From: Desulfobacula sp.
GTDB taxonomy: Bacteria; Desulfobacterota; Desulfobacteria; Desulfobacterales; Desulfobacteraceae
Assembly: GCF_030611305.1 (NCBI RefSeq)
Contig: NZ_JAUWQB010000007.1
Coordinates: 76-64,075 of the forward strand
Length of the DNA stretch: 64,000 nt
Reading direction: 5' to 3'
Shown here: positions 42,411 through 53,064 of the stretch, piece after piece
Position numbering within the stretch: the first letter of the stretch is position 1
How the letters are laid out: every line of letters begins with the position of its first letter
Notes under the pieces: model-generated
Database searches by the model: none
The model's input: the letters and a program-made list of their open reading frames with translations, nothing else
What the model was told of the DNA's origin: nothing
Translations under genes and position numbers: made by a program

Positions 42411-43535
42411 TTGAATTACAAGTTTATTGAATCGGATACGGAACTGAAAAACGTCTGTGATGCACTTTTAAGCGAAAAAATAATTGGTGTGGACCTGGAA
42501 GCGGATTCCATGCACTGTTTTAAGGAAAAAATCTGTTTAATCCAGGTTGCCACGGAAAAAGAAGCCTTTCTAATTGATCCGTTTAAAATCAAAGAAGTAT
42601 CACCGTTTATGAAGGTGCTTGAAAATGATGATGTGATAAAAGTATTTCATGGGGCAGATTTTGATATCAGAAGTCTTGACAGGGATTATCAGGCACGGGT
42701 GAACAACCTGTTTGACACGGAAATTGCCTGCCGGTTTTTAGGCATCAAAGAACGGGGGCTTGCCGCCCTGTTAAAACGAAATTTTAACGTAGACGCAGAT
42801 AAAAAATATCAAAAAGTAGACTGGGCAAAACGTCCGCTCAAACAGGGGATGATTGAATATTGTGTGGGGGATGTGGCATATCTGGTAAAGCTGCATGATA
42901 TTATTCATCAAAAGCTTGTGGCAAAGGGGCGGCTTCTTTGGGCCAAAGAAGAGTTTGAAATACAAGAGCAGGTCCGATATGAAAACAATCATGCTTTACC
43001 CTTGTTTAGAAAATTTAAAGGCGCCGGTAAAATAGACAACAGAAGTCTTGCAGTTCTTGAAAATTTATTGCAGGTTCGGTTAAAGATTGCACAAAAAAAG
43101 GACCAACCCTTATTTAAAATTATGTCAAACGCCTCTTTAATGACTATGGCCTACGAGAAACCTGTGACAATTGATCAGATGGTGAGAATAAGGGCAATAA
43201 GCCCAAAACAGGCAGATATGTATGGAAAACTTTGCCAGGAAGCCATTGTTAAGGCAATTAATCTTGATCATAAGGAATTACCTTCATATCCGAAAACCAG
43301 AAGGCCCAGAAAAGATGTCCGGGTTCAGGAAAGGATCGAACGGCTGAAAAAGAGAAGAGAAAAGCAAAGCCACTCAATTGGGATTGAACCGGGATTTTTA
43401 TTGAATAATGCAGTGATTGGTTCCATTGCTTTTAAAAATCCTGCAACATCCGAAGACCTCCTAAAGATTGAACATGTAAGGTATTGGCAGGTAGAGGCGA
43501 TCGGCCGGGATATTATTTCAACCCTTGGGTATTGA
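42411..43535 (+). CDS. rnd: ribonuclease D (DEDDy 3'-5' exonuclease + HRDC)
   Basis: IGVDLEADSMH, FHGADFDIRSL, YCVGDVAYL exonuclease motifs; HRDC-like C-terminal half. Confidence 0.85.
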   Translation: MNYKFIESDTELKNVCDALLSEKIIGVDLEADSMHCFKEKICLIQVATEKEAFLIDPFKIKEVSPFMKVLENDDVIKVFHGADFDIRSLDRDYQARVNNLFDTEIACRFLGIKERGLAALLKRNFNVDADKKYQKVDWAKRPLKQGMIEYCVGDVAYLVKLHDIIHQKLVAKGRLLWAKEEFEIQEQVRYENNHALPLFRKFKGAGKIDNRSLAVLENLLQVRLKIAQKKDQPLFKIMSNASLMTMAYEKPVTIDQMVRIRAISPKQADMYGKLCQEAIVKAINLDHKELPSYPKTRRPRKDVRVQERIERLKKRREKQSHSIGIEPGFLLNNAVIGSIAFKNPATSEDLLKIEHVRYWQVEAIGRDIISTLGY

Positions 43536-43549
43536 TGATGGAGAAAAAT

Positions 43550-44401
43550 ATGGAACTTGATTTTATTAAAATGGAAGGCCTTGGCAATGATTTTATCATC
43601 CTGGATGATAGAAAGAAAACAATCGAACAATATGAAAATTACCCGACTTTGGCAAAAAAGCTTTGTTCAAGGCATTTTGGCATTGGTGCAGATGGTATTA
43701 TTCTGATTCTTGAGTCCTCTGACCATGATATTAAGTTCAGGATATATAATTCTGACGGCTCACAGGCCCAGATGTGCGGCAACGGCATTCGGTGTTTTGC
43801 TAAATATCTGTATGAAAACAAGATGATCCTCCAAAAAAAGATAAGGGTGGATACAAAGGCCGGGACCGTCATTCCAGAGGTGATCACCGATGATAAGGAT
43901 CAGGTTCGATCAATAAGGGTGGATATGGGAGAACCCGTTCTTTTTTGCAGAGACATCCCCTTTGAAAGCACAAAGGAGAAAGCCATTGAAGAGCGTTTGA
44001 TGGTCGGGGATAAGGAATATCGTATTACTGCTGTATCCATGGGAAATCCCCATGCCGTTATTTTTGTGGATGATGTGGAAAAAGTGGATATCAAGAGAAT
44101 TGGCCGATCCATTGAAACCCATGAAAGATTCCCGGAAAAGACCAATGTTGAGTTTATTGAAGTGGTGAATCCCGCGGAATTAAAGATGAAAGTGTGGGAA
44201 AGGGGAGCCGGGATTACACTGGCCTGCGGTACCGGTGCCTGTGCCGCTCTTATTGCCGCCAGCCTGACGGGCAGGGCGCAGGAAAACGCCATCGTTCACC
44301 TTGATGGCGGAGATCTTGACATTCACTGGGACAAAGAGACAAATCACATTTTTAAGACAGGCCCTGCCACCCTGGTGTTTGAGGGTCGTATCAGGATTTG
44401 A
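43550..44401 (+). CDS. dapF: diaminopimelate epimerase
   Basis: MELDFIKMEGLGNDFIILDD, MCGNGIRCF, MGNPHAV, ACGTGACAA. ATG 43550 follows GGAGA; the ORF-track start at 43484 overlaps rnd. Confidence 0.9.
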   Translation: MELDFIKMEGLGNDFIILDDRKKTIEQYENYPTLAKKLCSRHFGIGADGIILILESSDHDIKFRIYNSDGSQAQMCGNGIRCFAKYLYENKMILQKKIRVDTKAGTVIPEVITDDKDQVRSIRVDMGEPVLFCRDIPFESTKEKAIEERLMVGDKEYRITAVSMGNPHAVIFVDDVEKVDIKRIGRSIETHERFPEKTNVEFIEVVNPAELKMKVWERGAGITLACGTGACAALIAASLTGRAQENAIVHLDGGDLDIHWDKETNHIFKTGPATLVFEGRIRI

Positions 44402-44456
44402 GGTATATAAAGCCTATGGCTTTTTAAAGGTAATTTAAAAGAACAACTATAAAGAT

Positions 44457-45302
44457 ATGAAGACTTACTTGGATTGTATTCCTTGCTTTATGGGGCAGGC
44501 CTTGCGTGCAGGCCGCATAGCAACCAAAGACGAAAAAAAAATAAAAGAGCTGCTCAACATCATAGGTGGTTTAATAAAAGATATACCAATGGAAAATACG
44601 CCACCTGAAACTGCAAGAATTGTTTATCAAAAAATTAGTGAAATAACAGGAGTAGATGATCCTTACAAAAATATTAAAGAAGCAAATATTAAAGAAGCAT
44701 TATCATTATATCCTGAACTAAAAGAAATTATTAAAAAATCAAAAAATAAATTATTAACAGCAATTCGTATTGCTATTGCAGGTAATGTTATTGATTTTGG
44801 TGCCCTTAATGATTTTAATATTGTTGAAAATGTAAAAACTGTTTTAAAACAGGATTTTGCTATTTTTGATTTTGAAAAATTTAAAAATGAATTAAAAAAT
44901 ACAGAATCAATTTTATATCTCGGTGATAATGCAGGAGAATCGGTTTTTGATAAAATTCTGATAGAAGAATTAAATAAACCGGTAATCTATGCTGTACGTG
45001 AAATTCCAATAATAAACGATGTCACAATAGATGATGCTGCGGCTTCAGGCCTTAATGAAGTTGCCCAAATCATTTCCTCGGGAAGTACTGCTCCTGCGAC
45101 AATATTAAGTTTGTGCAATGAAAATTTTTTAAATAAATTTTATAATGCAGATATGATTATCAGTAAAGGGCAGGGGAATTACGAAGGTCTTTCCAATGTA
45201 AAACAGGATAGAATTTTTTTTATGTTAATGGCTAAGTGCTCTATTATTGCAAACGATTTGCAAGTTAAAAATGGCGATATTATTTTAAAAGCAATAAATT
45301 AA
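44457..45302 (+). CDS. DUF89 / ARMT1-like damage-control phosphatase family protein
   Basis: N-terminal YLDCIPCF; later GDNAGE and KGQGNYE blocks typical of DUF89. Confidence 0.65.
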   Translation: MKTYLDCIPCFMGQALRAGRIATKDEKKIKELLNIIGGLIKDIPMENTPPETARIVYQKISEITGVDDPYKNIKEANIKEALSLYPELKEIIKKSKNKLLTAIRIAIAGNVIDFGALNDFNIVENVKTVLKQDFAIFDFEKFKNELKNTESILYLGDNAGESVFDKILIEELNKPVIYAVREIPIINDVTIDDAAASGLNEVAQIISSGSTAPATILSLCNENFLNKFYNADMIISKGQGNYEGLSNVKQDRIFFMLMAKCSIIANDLQVKNGDIILKAIN

Positions 45303-45328
45303 ATAACCTTTTAAAAAAAGAAATACAT

Positions 45329-46270
45329 ATGTATGAATATCTTTTTGGCCCTGTCCCATCCAGACGGCTCGGCATGTCACTCGGAGTTGACCTGGTTCCC
45401 CATAAAGTATGCTCTTTAAATTGTATTTATTGCGAGTGCGGACGAACAACAAATTTAACAATACTAAGAAAAGAGTATATTCCTTATGATGATGTTGTTG
45501 AGGAATTAAAAAATTATATGAAAAACAATCCTGCTCCTGATTATATTACTTTTTCAGGTGCCGGAGAACCAACCTTAAATTCTCGAATAGGCGATGTGTT
45601 AGATTTTATTAAAACAAATTGGCCCGATATTCCCGTGGCCTTATTAACCAATGGAAGTTTATTCAACCATGAAAAGGTCAGAACACAGATTTTAAAAGCC
45701 AATCTGGTCTTACCTTCCCTGGATGCTGCTTCCAATTCAACTTTTCATAAAATTGACAGACCTTTTCATAAAATTAGTATTGAAGATTATATTCAGGGAC
45801 TTATTGATTTCAGGAAAGAGTATAAAGGTAAAATCTGGCTTGAAATTTTAATTTTGCCGGATATAAATGATAGTATTAAAGAGTTACAATTGTTAAAAAA
45901 TGCAATTATTAAAATTAATCCCGATAAAGTACAGCTGAATACTTTGGACAGACCGGGAACCGTCAATAATTTAAGACCGGCCAATAAGGCTGAATTGCAG
46001 CAAATTATGAATTTCTGGGATTTTAATAATACTGAAATAATTGCATCAGTACCGGAACGCAAAGATATGAAGTCGTACCGTGAAGATACTGAAAACGCTA
46101 TTTTAGAAACAATTTCAAGAAGACCATGCACCCTCAATGATCTTAGTAAAATACTCGGAATACATATTAACGAGGTAAATAAATATCTTGGAGTGCTTGA
46201 AGACGATGGAAAAATTAAAACAAACAGACAGGAAAGAGGGGTGTTTTATCAAAGTAAGGATTGGGGATGA
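45329..46270 (+). CDS. radical SAM protein with C-terminal winged-helix-like domain
   Basis: CSLNCIYCECG (CX3CX2C). The C-terminus RRPCTLNDLSKILGIHINEVNKYLGVLEDDGKI looks like a winged helix. Confidence 0.75.
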   Translation: MYEYLFGPVPSRRLGMSLGVDLVPHKVCSLNCIYCECGRTTNLTILRKEYIPYDDVVEELKNYMKNNPAPDYITFSGAGEPTLNSRIGDVLDFIKTNWPDIPVALLTNGSLFNHEKVRTQILKANLVLPSLDAASNSTFHKIDRPFHKISIEDYIQGLIDFRKEYKGKIWLEILILPDINDSIKELQLLKNAIIKINPDKVQLNTLDRPGTVNNLRPANKAELQQIMNFWDFNNTEIIASVPERKDMKSYREDTENAILETISRRPCTLNDLSKILGIHINEVNKYLGVLEDDGKIKTNRQERGVFYQSKDWG

Positions 46271-46366
46271 AACAAAAAACAAAACTAACCTTTTGGCAGG
46301 GTTGCGAATTTGAACCCACCGACTTTGAGCCGGTGGGTAGTTGGTTCGCTGTTCGTTTAAAATAAT

Positions 46367-46747
46367 TCAATCTAAAATTTTGGGAGTGTATCCTTTGGGA
46401 AGATGAGCTGTCCCAAGGACACATGGCAGTCCTGTCTCTTTATGAACTTGTTTGGCGATCCGGTTGAAATTATCACAAAAACCGCCATTTGAGTCGTCCC
46501 ATCCATTGTCTGTTTTTTTTGCAAAAGAACATGTTACAAAATGAATCGCATGAGCACCTTTTGATTTAAGAATCTTAGCAAGTTCTGCTATATTATCCCC
46601 GGGGCAGTGGCATGTAAATACCCCTGTAAGTGTACATGTATCATATTTATCAAAACCCTGCTTGGTTTTACTAAGCGCCGTAAAACAACCGGTTAAAGGG
46701 CATTTACTTTCATTTTTTTCACAACGAAGAATAGCAATATTTGTCAT
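46367..46747 (-). CDS. CGGC-domain (Cys-rich metal-binding) protein
   Basis: 126 aa. AILRCEKNESKCPLTGC ... FTCHCPG ... HFVTCSF pattern. Confidence 0.55.
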   Translation of the reverse strand: MTNIAILRCEKNESKCPLTGCFTALSKTKQGFDKYDTCTLTGVFTCHCPGDNIAELAKILKSKGAHAIHFVTCSFAKKTDNGWDDSNGGFCDNFNRIAKQVHKETGLPCVLGTAHLPKGYTPKILD

Positions 46748-46777
46748 TTTTTCTCCTTAATTTAAAAGTATGAAAAA

Positions 46778-47986
46778 TTATATTATCAGCGATTCTGATG
46801 CCAGGGATGCCACGGTATCAACCTTGATTCCCAGCTTATAATGATTGGAAAGTTCACTCAATTGCCTGTGGCAGGACAGACAGGCCGTGGCAAGATTGGG
46901 CAGGCCGGTTGCCTTCATCTGGTCTGCCTTGGGCTTTCCTGTAATCATCCTTTTGTTCTTGCTGGTGCTGTCCTGCAGGATACCGCCGCCGCCGCCGCAG
47001 CAGACGCCGTCTTCCCTGTTAGGTATCAGTTCCACAACCCCTTTGCAGACCATGGAAAGCAGTTCTCTTGGGGCATCATATCCCCCGGATTTCCTGGCAA
47101 TATTACAGGGATCATGGTAAGCGATTTTATAGGGATGTACTTCAGGATCAAATTTCAGGATTCCTTTTTTGGCATATCGAACAATGAGTTCAGGCATGCT
47201 GATCACTTCAAACCCGGGTTTTCTTCCAATGATATCTTCCAGGAGGTATTTTAAAGCATGATATCCATGGCCGCATTCTGAAAGTACAAGGGTTTCAACG
47301 CCGAGTTCTTCGGCCGGTTCCACCACCATCAGAACCATTTTTTTTGCAATATCATCCTTGCCCACAAAATATCCCCAGTTGGTCACATCGGTATGATGGG
47401 CTGACAGGGTCCAGGTTTCTTTTGTGGCATAAAAGAGTTTTGCCATGGCGGTTAAATGAAGCAGGTTAATACCAAGCTCCCTTGGATTGGGAAGGTAGAG
47501 AAGTTTTGTTCCTTTTATATCATGGGGAATCTGGGCATTCGGGTCATCCACCTCATCAACAAATTCTTCGCTGACCCATTCAACGGTTTCAACAAACTCC
47601 TCTTTGGTCAGGGCATTGACATCTCCCAGCTCAATGCGATTTTTAATGCCTATCTTGATATCTTTTGGGATATTGTCATCTGCAATGGCGAGGCTTCTTG
47701 CTTTCCTGACAACCTTGTCCATGGAGATACCCATGGGGCATCCCTGTGTACACCGGTTGCACAAAAGGCAATCCCATAGCATATTGCTGTTCACAAGCTG
47801 TTCATCAAGCCCCAGGGCTGCCATGCGGATAATCTGGCGGGGTAAGGGCCCGCCTTCCCCGTCAAACCATGTACATCTTGAGTTGCAGGCTCCGCAGGTC
47901 AGGCATTCAGAAATATTGTCCCCCAGCTCAAACTGGTTCAACATTTTATACAAAGCCGAAGTTTTATTTATTGTTGCAGTATTCAT
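46778..47986 (-). CDS. HdrD/DsrK-like Fe-S oxidoreductase (2x[4Fe-4S] + CCG domains)
   Basis: CLTCGACNSRC, CLLCNRCTQGCP, DPCNIARK, CCGGGGG. Confidence 0.8.
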   Translation of the reverse strand: MNTATINKTSALYKMLNQFELGDNISECLTCGACNSRCTWFDGEGGPLPRQIIRMAALGLDEQLVNSNMLWDCLLCNRCTQGCPMGISMDKVVRKARSLAIADDNIPKDIKIGIKNRIELGDVNALTKEEFVETVEWVSEEFVDEVDDPNAQIPHDIKGTKLLYLPNPRELGINLLHLTAMAKLFYATKETWTLSAHHTDVTNWGYFVGKDDIAKKMVLMVVEPAEELGVETLVLSECGHGYHALKYLLEDIIGRKPGFEVISMPELIVRYAKKGILKFDPEVHPYKIAYHDPCNIARKSGGYDAPRELLSMVCKGVVELIPNREDGVCCGGGGGILQDSTSKNKRMITGKPKADQMKATGLPNLATACLSCHRQLSELSNHYKLGIKVDTVASLASESLII

Positions 47987-48004
47987 ATTTATTTTCCTTT
48001 ATCT

Positions 48005-50491
48005 TCATACCTTGGAAATAATGCGCTCAAATTTTTTGGTTTCATTAGCTGCGACAGGTTCCCACACCACTTTTGAGGCATCCATTCCAGGAATACTTAA
48101 CACTTGTCTCACACTTGCATCGGCAACATTGCTGCCTTCAAGGGATCTACAGTTTTCTTCGTGGCAACCTGTGACAATCACTTTTGATGCGCCGTTTAAA
48201 AGGGCTTTAAGAATCACGTCGCTGCTGATCCTGCAGGCACAGGGAATGGATATCAAAGTGATGTTGTCCGGCAGCGTAAGGCTGCCTGCTGCAAGGGCTG
48301 CTGACCGTTCACAGGCCAGAATGGTCACCTTGTCTTTTTCAATTTTTTGGGCAATCTGATCATTGGTAAGCGTTTTTGATTCAATGGCATATGCCGGGCA
48401 GCTGGACACACAAAGGTGGCACGAAAAGCAGGAATCCGGTACAATCTGTGGTCTGTTTTTTTCGTTCATGACAATGGCTGCGTGCGGGCAGACCCGGATA
48501 CAGGTCAGACACTGGGCACATTTTTTCTGATTGATTTCAACCCCGGTATCAATCTCGGGTAAATCAAAAGACTCGGTTGAAAAGCCGGATAAAATATCAT
48601 TGATTTCATCGTTCAGATCATCCTGGTCGGTCTCATCATGACAGGTCCCGGCAAAAAAGATGCCTTTTCGAGGGGATCTGGTCAGACGGTGACGGATGTT
48701 GGCAGATTGTAAAAAGCCTTCACTGTCAAGGGGCTGGCGCAAGAGTGCGGCAGCATCTTTAAATCCTGCCGCCGGTGTCAGGCTCGGCGGCAGAACAAGG
48801 CAGTCACAATTGAGATTCAGTTCAATGGATGGCAGTGTAGCCTCTTTGAGTTTAATCAGAAATCCAGTACCTGAATTCTCAAATTTTAAATCTTCACTGG
48901 TCTCAAACCTGAAAAAATCGACCCCCTGCTGCCTTGCAGTATCATAGAGGCGCTGTCCCAACGCACCGTGAACCAGCATCTTATTCATGATAATGGAAAT
49001 GTTTTTCCCCAAAGCCTTTGCTTTGATAGAAATTTCCAGGGCAAGGCGTGCAAAAGATTTAAACTCAGGACCAAAATAATCCAGCAGGATGACACTATTA
49101 CCCGGACAGGTGTCAGGCGTTTTTTCAATCATTTGAGAGAATGCATCAAGGCTTAAGGAAGCATTTGTGAGGCTGTCCAGCCTGTTCAATGATTGTTTTG
49201 GTTCAAATGCAGCAATAATGGCCGCACAGGCCAGATATTTTTTTTCATTTCCTGATTCATAATAGAGTGAAAAGTTGCCGGCAGTACCGCTGACAGAAAT
49301 GATGTTGCTCTCATCTAAAATAGTGACAGGAGCATCCTTTGAAAGGCTTGTCCCCGGTCCGAACAGATAGGTGGAATAACCTTTTGAAGAGATGACCATA
49401 GCTGTCTGATCTGCCTGGACACTTTGTCCAAATACGGCTATGTTCAATTCCTTTTTTGTATTCAATCCAAGATCTTCAATGACTTTGGCCGCTGCAACCC
49501 TGCCGTCCTGTTTGGAAGAAAGGATATCTTTGGGACCATTGGCACAGCCTGCAATAATTACGTCCTTAGACAGAACCGCCTGATCCGTATTGAAAAATCC
49601 CCATGAATTGGGTTTCAGATCAAGCATGCCGGCAGTTGCCTCAAGGGTCTGGGCGGGCTGCATGCCGACAGAGAGAACGATAAGATCAAAGGCTTTGGAA
49701 ACCCTGGCTTGGGTTAGTTTATCTTCTGCCACGATGGTCAGCATATTCGTCTGATTGTCCTCAAGGATCTCGGCAGGAACTCCCTGAACCAGGGCAATAT
49801 TTTTGGAAAGCGTGTTGAACAGGGGTCTTACCTCTTTCCCAATGACCTGAAGATCCATGTGAAAGAGTGTGATGTCGGACTCAGGGTAAAGATGGGTAAG
49901 CTTGTTAGCATGGCGCATGGATATCTTGCAGCATACCTGGGAACAAAAATCTCTGCCCTGCTCACGGTTTCGTGAACCCACACACTGGATAAAGGCAATT
50001 TTAGGATCAGGCTTCCCATTAAAATACCCGGAAAGCCTTTCCTCTCGCAGTATGGCGTTCAACTCAGCCGAGGTGATCACGTTTTTATACTCATCATAGT
50101 GAAGGGAATTTATCTGGCCAGGGTTAAAGGGGGAAAATCCTGTGGCCATGATAATTTTTTTTACGCGGAACGTCTCTTTATTTTCCAAGACTACCTCATA
50201 CCCTTGCTTTTCCTTATTAATGGTTTCAACAATGGTATTGAGGTGTAAAATAATATTTTTCTGTTTTCCGATCTGATCTGCCATTTCAATACTGAGGCAG
50301 GCACCGCAGTTTTCACAGGTGTCGGTTGCCATACAGGCCCACATGGCGGCATGCCCGCCAAGGGCGCTTTCTTTTTCCATCAGGTGTACGGCAACATTCT
50401 GATCAGCAAAGGTTTGCGCCGCAGCCATTCCTGCAACGCCTCCCCCTATAATCAGGATATTTGGGGTTGTTTTTTTCATATATTCCTCCAA
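48005..50491 (-). CDS. HdrA-like FAD/Fe-S oxidoreductase fused to an MvhD domain
   Basis: ILIIGGGVAGMAAA (FAD). Ferredoxin motifs CAQCLTCIRVCP and CFSCHLCVSSCP. C-terminal ILACERSA..IPCACRISSDVILKALLNGASKVIVTGCHEENC (MvhD-type). Confidence 0.85.
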   Translation of the reverse strand: MEEYMKKTTPNILIIGGGVAGMAAAQTFADQNVAVHLMEKESALGGHAAMWACMATDTCENCGACLSIEMADQIGKQKNIILHLNTIVETINKEKQGYEVVLENKETFRVKKIIMATGFSPFNPGQINSLHYDEYKNVITSAELNAILREERLSGYFNGKPDPKIAFIQCVGSRNREQGRDFCSQVCCKISMRHANKLTHLYPESDITLFHMDLQVIGKEVRPLFNTLSKNIALVQGVPAEILEDNQTNMLTIVAEDKLTQARVSKAFDLIVLSVGMQPAQTLEATAGMLDLKPNSWGFFNTDQAVLSKDVIIAGCANGPKDILSSKQDGRVAAAKVIEDLGLNTKKELNIAVFGQSVQADQTAMVISSKGYSTYLFGPGTSLSKDAPVTILDESNIISVSGTAGNFSLYYESGNEKKYLACAAIIAAFEPKQSLNRLDSLTNASLSLDAFSQMIEKTPDTCPGNSVILLDYFGPEFKSFARLALEISIKAKALGKNISIIMNKMLVHGALGQRLYDTARQQGVDFFRFETSEDLKFENSGTGFLIKLKEATLPSIELNLNCDCLVLPPSLTPAAGFKDAAALLRQPLDSEGFLQSANIRHRLTRSPRKGIFFAGTCHDETDQDDLNDEINDILSGFSTESFDLPEIDTGVEINQKKCAQCLTCIRVCPHAAIVMNEKNRPQIVPDSCFSCHLCVSSCPAYAIESKTLTNDQIAQKIEKDKVTILACERSAALAAGSLTLPDNITLISIPCACRISSDVILKALLNGASKVIVTGCHEENCRSLEGSNVADASVRQVLSIPGMDASKVVWEPVAANETKKFERIISKV

Positions 50492-50646
50492 TATTCATCA
50501 ATACTGGTTTTGTAAAAATTAAATGATAAATGGATAAAACCACAGCAGAGTCTTATCATATTACAGAATTAAAAAGAACTGGATTCCAAACATTCCCTAT
50601 TTTTTTGACCACTAATTTGTAGACGACTGCCGATCGAAAAGCTACA

Positions 50647-52050
50647 ATGGAAAACATGCTAATCTTTATTCAGATTTTAATCCTTTTGTGGGCCATCAAT
50701 CTTACGCCGGTTCTGCTGGCATACTTTTTTGAGGAAAAGTGGGATACCCCCCTTGATAAAGGCATGCTTTTTATAGATGGAAAGCCGTTTTTAGGAAGTC
50801 ATAAAACAATTCGCGGAACGGCAGGAGGGATTATAGCCGGAATTCTTTTCGGGTTTGTTATGGGAATTTCTTTGTGGGTGGCATTGTCGGCCGGTATCAT
50901 GAGCATGTTCGGCGATCTTTTAAACAGTTTTATTAAAAGACGTTTCAAGATGCTTGAAGGTGCTGACTTGCCTGTTATGGACCAGCTTCTTGAGGGGGCA
51001 CTCCCCTTTGTTATCATAGCTCCGGCATACTCATTATCCTTTGCAAAGTTGTTTTTTTTAATTTTAGTGTTTGGTATCACAGCCTATCTTGGCGCACAGT
51101 TTTTAACCCGGGTTTTGCTTACAGAGCCGTTTGCAGGTTATTCCAGGAAACTGAGATCAAAAATACGATTCAGGGAATGGAAGGCATGTGATACCATTGA
51201 ATACCCTTTTCATCCCATTATCAATATTGAGCGCACACTTTATTACCATTGGTTCATGAAAACGATTTTCAGGGCGACAGGCCTGTATGAACGAGGAAAA
51301 CAGAATGCACTGGATTTAAAATTACGCAAACTTGAGTTTGAATTTGATGATTTGCCTCATGGTTTTGATAATACCACTATTCTTTTTATTTCCGATCTTC
51401 ACCTTGACTGTATGGAAGGGATTGCTCAAAAAACACAGGATATGGTTGAAGGGCTGAAACCCGACCTGTGCCTGCTGGGAGGGGATTACAGGACCGAATC
51501 CTGGGGCTCTTTTTCAAAAGCATTATTCCATTTAAAAAATTTGCTGGACCATATAGAGACAAAGCATGGAATTTATGCGGTTTTAGGAAATCATGACTGC
51601 CTTGAAATGGTCAGCCCTTTAAAAGAAAAAAATGTGACATTTCTGGTAAATGATGCAAAAAGTATTGAAAGGGATGGTGACAGGATCTGGATTGCAGGGG
51701 TGGATGATCCCTCTTATTTCGAGGGCCAGAATTTAGGGGAAACATTTGACCGGATACCTGACAACAGTTTTACCATATTTCTTGCACATACTCCCGGGAT
51801 TTACCAGGAGACAGCAGCATACTCTCCGCAGCTTTATCTTTGCGGACATACCCATGCAGGACAGATACAGCTTCCTTATTTTGGTCCCGTTATTACCCAT
51901 TTCAATGGGCCCGGGAAAATGGTGCATGGAAAATGGTCTTATAAAGGGATGCAGGGGTATACAAGTTCGGGTGCCGGAACCTCGGGTATCCCTGTCAGAT
52001 TCGGCTGCCGGGGAGAAGTGGTATTCATAACTTTGAAAAAAATTTCATAA
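50647..52050 (+). CDS. fusion: CDP-archaeol synthase (CarS/DUF46)-like membrane domain + calcineurin-like metallophosphoesterase
   Basis: The N-terminal approx. 165 aa carry [27 protein letters not shown] and [17 protein letters not shown], which match CarS blocks. The C-terminal part carries [16 protein letters not shown] and GHTHAGQ. Confidence 0.7.
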   Translation: MENMLIFIQILILLWAINLTPVLLAYFFEEKWDTPLDKGMLFIDGKPFLGSHKTIRGTAGGIIAGILFGFVMGISLWVALSAGIMSMFGDLLNSFIKRRFKMLEGADLPVMDQLLEGALPFVIIAPAYSLSFAKLFFLILVFGITAYLGAQFLTRVLLTEPFAGYSRKLRSKIRFREWKACDTIEYPFHPIINIERTLYYHWFMKTIFRATGLYERGKQNALDLKLRKLEFEFDDLPHGFDNTTILFISDLHLDCMEGIAQKTQDMVEGLKPDLCLLGGDYRTESWGSFSKALFHLKNLLDHIETKHGIYAVLGNHDCLEMVSPLKEKNVTFLVNDAKSIERDGDRIWIAGVDDPSYFEGQNLGETFDRIPDNSFTIFLAHTPGIYQETAAYSPQLYLCGHTHAGQIQLPYFGPVITHFNGPGKMVHGKWSYKGMQGYTSSGAGTSGIPVRFGCRGEVVFITLKKIS

Positions 52051-52096
52051 AACAGACTTGACGTAAAATCAGGGGGATATCCTTTTGATGGCTTGT

Positions 52097-52966
52097 CTAA
52101 GTTGCAGCCAGGAGGGATGAGGCAATGATAAAGATAGTGATGAATAGGGCGATGAGATTTTTTTGCGGAAATTGAAGCATCCTGTTCAGAGGAAAGAAAA
52201 TGACACCGGAGCCAAGCCCGCTGAAAAATCCAAAAACATGAGCCCATACATCTGTCTTCTCTCCCTGGCTGAACATGGCGATCAGCACGGTACCGGCGAA
52301 TATAGGCATGAGAATGTTCAATCGAAACGGTTTTGCCTTTTGCGTTATCTGGAATGCCACAAGAAGGCCTGCCGCTCCCATGATGGCTGTTGAGGCGCCA
52401 ATGGAAAGATGGGCGGTTTTGTGCATGTGGGCATTGATAAGATTGCCAAGGGTGCCTGCAAACAGCAGCATAAAAGGCCCCACACCAAACCCGGAAAGGG
52501 TGATCACGGGTGCCCCGAAAATGAGCATGCCTGCCATATTCCCTGCAAGATGCCGGGCATCTGAATGTAAAAGCAGGGCTGTAACGGCTCTGTACGTCTC
52601 TCCCTGGAGAATAAAAAGGGCGGATGCACCATACTTTAGTATCATGTCCTCGTGGATATGATATTGAAGACATAACGCATGGATAAGCCAGAGCAGTCCC
52701 ATGATAGAAAAAGCAGTATATGATTTAAATGAGGATATGGGAATTTCCTGTAACTGTTGTTTGAGCTTGAAAAATTTATTTTCTTTATAATAGGCCTCAA
52801 TCATGATGAGGGCTTTTTTCATATCAGCATGATTTACAAGGATATCAAATGATTTGTTTTTCCGTTCAACCCGGGTTTCAATGTTTTGAGAGGTTAAAAT
52901 CAGGATGATTAAATCTGCTTTTTTGGCAGAAAGACCAGTCAGTAATTTTTCTAAATTCCGGCTCAC
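52097..52966 (-). CDS. rhomboid-family intramembrane serine protease
   Basis: HSDARHLAGNMAGMLIFG, GASTAIMG (GxSxxxxG) and HVFGFFSG. Confidence 0.8.
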   Translation of the reverse strand: MSRNLEKLLTGLSAKKADLIILILTSQNIETRVERKNKSFDILVNHADMKKALIMIEAYYKENKFFKLKQQLQEIPISSFKSYTAFSIMGLLWLIHALCLQYHIHEDMILKYGASALFILQGETYRAVTALLLHSDARHLAGNMAGMLIFGAPVITLSGFGVGPFMLLFAGTLGNLINAHMHKTAHLSIGASTAIMGAAGLLVAFQITQKAKPFRLNILMPIFAGTVLIAMFSQGEKTDVWAHVFGFFSGLGSGVIFFPLNRMLQFPQKNLIALFITIFIIASSLLAAT

Positions 52967-53064
52967 GGGCTAAAGGGCCTTGATTTTTTAAGACAAAGAT
53001 TTTAATAAAATAAAAAAGCAATTCATGATTTAAACGTATATATGAATACCAGGAGAAAATAAAC

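Noticed and set aside
46294-46345. tRNA-like element on the minus strand (7-bp stem CCCACCG/CGGTGGG with loop containing CU-CAA-AG; 3' ..CCTGCCA)
   Set aside because: No canonical cloverleaf can be drawn. The T-arm-like stem GGGTT/AACCC has a 9-nt loop, and there is no D-arm or acceptor pairing. It is more likely stem-loops between convergent genes, or at most a tRNA-Leu fragment.
47604-48359. 251-aa plus-strand ORF spanning the hdrD-like/hdrA-like junction
   Set aside because: It is antisense to two genes with clear Fe-S/CCG/MvhD motifs, and its translation has no motifs.
51939-52673. 244-aa minus-strand ORF overlapping the rhomboid gene in another frame
   Set aside because: The alternative frame (52097..52966) carries the full rhomboid catalytic motifs. 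This ORF is Arg/Cys/His-rich noise.
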